Assembly: GCF_040938485.1 (NCBI RefSeq)
Contig: NW_027270975.1
Coordinates: forward strand, 1,302,001 to 1,366,000
From: Diadema antillarum
Lineage: Eukaryota
Reading direction: 5' to 3'
DNA: 64,000 nt
Position numbers and translations under genes: made by a program. The notes under the pieces were generated by a model. It searched no databases and was not told the DNA's origin. It worked only from the letters and a program-made list of their open reading frames with translations. Shown piece after piece: positions 60,915 through 64,000 of this stretch (position 1 is its first letter; each line of letters starts with the position of its first letter).

Positions 60915-61383
60915 ATGGAGAACACAAACTCAAACGCGTGCACAGCAGAAGCCTCCGATCCTTTTGCTGAATTGGAAATGTGGGTGAAGAGGTTAACGAA
61001 CTATGATATCAATACCTCATTCTCCGCACCAGACTTTCTCCCAGAAAAGACCAAGAAGAAGGCACCATCACTGCACATTGATGAAACAGACCAGGATTAT
61101 GAATTCCTGGATGAGTTTGAGGAGGTGGAAAACCGACTGGCTGACTTGAACTTTGAACTTTCACCTCTTTTGGTGGAAGATGAGCATGAACACGATAAAG
61201 ACAGTGGTTATTCTTCTCTTTACAGCGAGGGTCAGCTGCCCAGCCCTGGAGGGTTGTCAACTGGGAAGACTACCCTCAATGGAGCTGCTACACCGCCAGC
61301 GACACTGAGTGGACGGAGCACACCCTCAAACTTCTACTACACACAAAAGTTGTCACCCTATGGCAGTTCGAGTTCATTAGCAG
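60915..61383 (+). CDS. Probable alternative first coding exon (156 codons + 1 nt): MENTNSNAC...DPFAELEMWVKRL...DSGYSSLYSE...SSSSLA; likely a short tensin isoform
   Basis: In-frame TAA at 60894, AAGATGG start context, donor CAG|gtaagg (phase 1), acidic/S/P-rich frame, no pyrimidine-tract acceptor upstream. Assignment to tensin is inferred from position and strand. Confidence 0.7.
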
Positions 61384-64000
61384 GTAAGGACATCCTTTTT
61401 CCTGTGTGCCTTTGAATGCCTTCTTGGAATGCATGCTTATATGAAGCATGCAGGCCTATTGTTTGGTCTCTAAGACCTCTGGAAATTTGGAGCTCTCAAA
61501 GTACATTCAAAATAGCTCAAGTTTTTTTTTTTTACATTTTGTGTGTGACTCAAATAGCGCAATATTTGCAATACATTGTAACCAAAATGAAAACCAGAGT
61601 ATAAATTTCTTCCCTGTTTTTGAGGGAGATGAGATGTCAGAGACTGCTAGGAGATGGGAGCTCCCACTTCCATTCATCTGATATAGAAATGATGTACTGT
61701 CATTGGTGTCCAAGGTATTTTCCTTCAGACTTTAAGTTAATATACCACTCAAAGATAATCTCTGTCTTCACAAATACTTCTGATCTTCATGTTCTTAGAG
61801 ATACTGACACAGGACCATCTAATATCAGATAATTTGAGGAGCACCATTGACCCCTTGATTGCTAAATGTGAAAAACTTGTACTTCCATCCCAAATTACAC
61901 CATCCTTGAAATTGGTAGCACTTTGCCACATGTCCCAGTGAAATTAACCCCAACACACTCAGACCTTAGCGAACCTGCATGATAAGAAAGACAAGACCAA
62001 TGAATCTAGAAGAGGCAGGTTAATCTCAAACCATGTAATGAAATCAAGATAAATGTCCAATCAATCAAGCTTGTTTGAGCCAATTTAGATATCCTTTCCC
62101 CCAATTTGATAGATTCACAACTTGGTGCCATGCCAGCCCACAGCAAGGCGAAAGAGGCCAAGTTTCCAAGTATGATGAAATAAATGCAAACCCAGTCCTG
62201 CAAACCTATACCTCATCAGACACTGACATGCCTTAGAAAGTTTTATACCTCAAAAACTGCAATCGTTTATTGAAAGTCAGGATGAAAGTCATGATAATAG
62301 TTCTTCATCTGACAGAGTTGTTTATTCTCAAGGAATTTGGTGGTAAAGCTAAAGACAAATGCATATGTCAGTAAGTGCTCATGTAGGCCTAATACCATAG
62401 TCAGAAATACTGCGAAGCCATGTCAGACATATATTAGTCTCTCTGTATGATTGTATGGCTGTATGACATTCAAAATGTTCTTTATCTCTCCCAGCCATAG
62501 CTAACATTGATATCCCCAAATCAAAAATTACTTTTCATCACACTTTGACATTTTTGGTCTTATGAAATACTACGTGCAGCTGGCTTCTTTGCCATAAGGT
62601 CAACCCAATTATCATGAAATCATGTTAGCTCTAGCCAGAAAGTTCACCTCTTCCAGTGCATTTCACATGGGAGCTCGAAGTTGTAAAATCACTGACTTTC
62701 ATCAGTGCATGCACACACAAATTCAAAATATTGGCCCCATTCACCAAACACTGAACAGTCACTCCCAAAATACAGAGGCAAAATTTCTCCTCTATGGTTT
62801 GTAATGACTTGCTGATCTTATTTGTTTTATTTTCTAGTAATTGCACAATATCATTTTGGGGGTTCTGTATACAACCATCCATGTCTTAGAAATGTCACAA
62901 GAAAGGCAAGACAACTATCTGATATTAGCTGCTGAGCAAGAGTTATGAGATTCTGAAAAGCAATATATCTCCTTTTTAGCTAATGAAGAGAGAGATATTG
63001 CCTAGATATTGAAAAATGTACATGCCCTTTCAATCAAATGATATCTACATAAGTCAGGTGATATGTGGTGTGAATATTTCTGCTCTGACATTTCCAGTCA
63101 GTGTTACACCTTATTGCTAATATGCATGTCAGGTAATAGCTTTCTTAATTCCATTGATGTAGTATCAAATAGGCCTATATTTTGCAATAATCGTCTTTTT
63201 TCCCCCTAAAGTAAGGGGCATACATAGATTGATCAGTATTAATAGAGAATGTGTACGGTGTGTGTGTTTACCACATTATTACATTTCATTGTTTGATAAT
63301 GGTATAGGATAATTCTGCGACTGTGTTGATATAGGCTTGAAATATTTGCTTAGACAAAACAAAAACTATGACTGAAGTTATAATGGTGTTTTCTTTATTC
63401 ATAGTAATGACATGTTTAAAGATTATTCTTAGCAACCTTTGAAGTACAATATTTGCATCTATATAGTTGTATACATTCATGAATTCTACTGTGAGAAGTG
63501 TATCTTTTATAAAACTTTAAACTCCTTTTCAAAGCATTAGAAAATATGAATATAATTTACAGGATTTTCATTATGTGTATAAACAGTTGCCATATATGGA
63601 AAATGCAGCAGTGTGTTTGCTTTGCAAATGACGTTTTAAAGCCACAATCATAAGTTACAAAAACAGATTGCAGGTTCAATGATTTCATGGTCACCTGTGG
63701 GAAGTGAGTAAATAGATTAAATGTTTATTTGTTTATGTTGGGCTTTATCTGTGCAAGCAAACAAATATATCACCATGACAATTCAATACAATCTGATGTA
63801 TGGTTGGAAAAATGTGGAGAACAACTTATGTATGGGTGGTGTGGGGGAGGGGGCCGAGGAGTCACTTTGTTGGAGCCAAAATGGCTATTCTTTTTTTTTT
63901 AAACTCAGAGTCAGACTTGGAGCAGTCTGTTAAACTTTTCAGAGATAAAATTGCCTTGTGAGATTAATAACCATGCATTGCCTACACTAATACTTGCAAC

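Noticed and set aside
2578-63599. CArG boxes (2578, 19907, 63590) and scattered TGA(C/G)TCA AP-1 sites
   Set aside because: Numbers are about what chance gives in 64 kb of AT-rich DNA; no clustering seen.
1-64000. C1, SH2 and PTB domain exons of tensin
   Set aside because: Searched by eye for the C1 Cys/His pattern and SH2/PTB motifs; none found, so presumed outside the window or in a gap.

Overview
AT-rich animal genomic DNA; the repeat types suggest an invertebrate deuterostome such as a sea urchin (inference). It has two N-gaps and no prokaryotic features. The window lies inside one large + strand tensin gene. I reconstructed 21 exons from 2716 to 32825 with GT-AG boundaries and consistent phases. 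They encode an SP/Q-rich linker, the complete PTEN-like phosphatase and C2 domains (8655-16525) and a very long disordered region. The N-terminal C1 and C-terminal SH2-PTB exons were not found and probably lie outside the window. A probable alternative first coding exon sits at 60915-61383. Main oddities: (1) a reading-frame switch inside the 2.5-kb exon 22133-24608, which is preceded by a 300-nt AG-free zone; (2) phase-2-bounded skippable exon modules, including a 54-nt microexon below the ORF track's length range; (3) LD-like helical motifs spread across these modules; (4) a P-loop reading HCKGGRGP, with Pro at the catalytic Arg position. Introns carry many non-autonomous transposons, four of them nested insertions, three with readable target-site duplications, plus a Helentron/DINE-like element and tRNA-derived SINEs.
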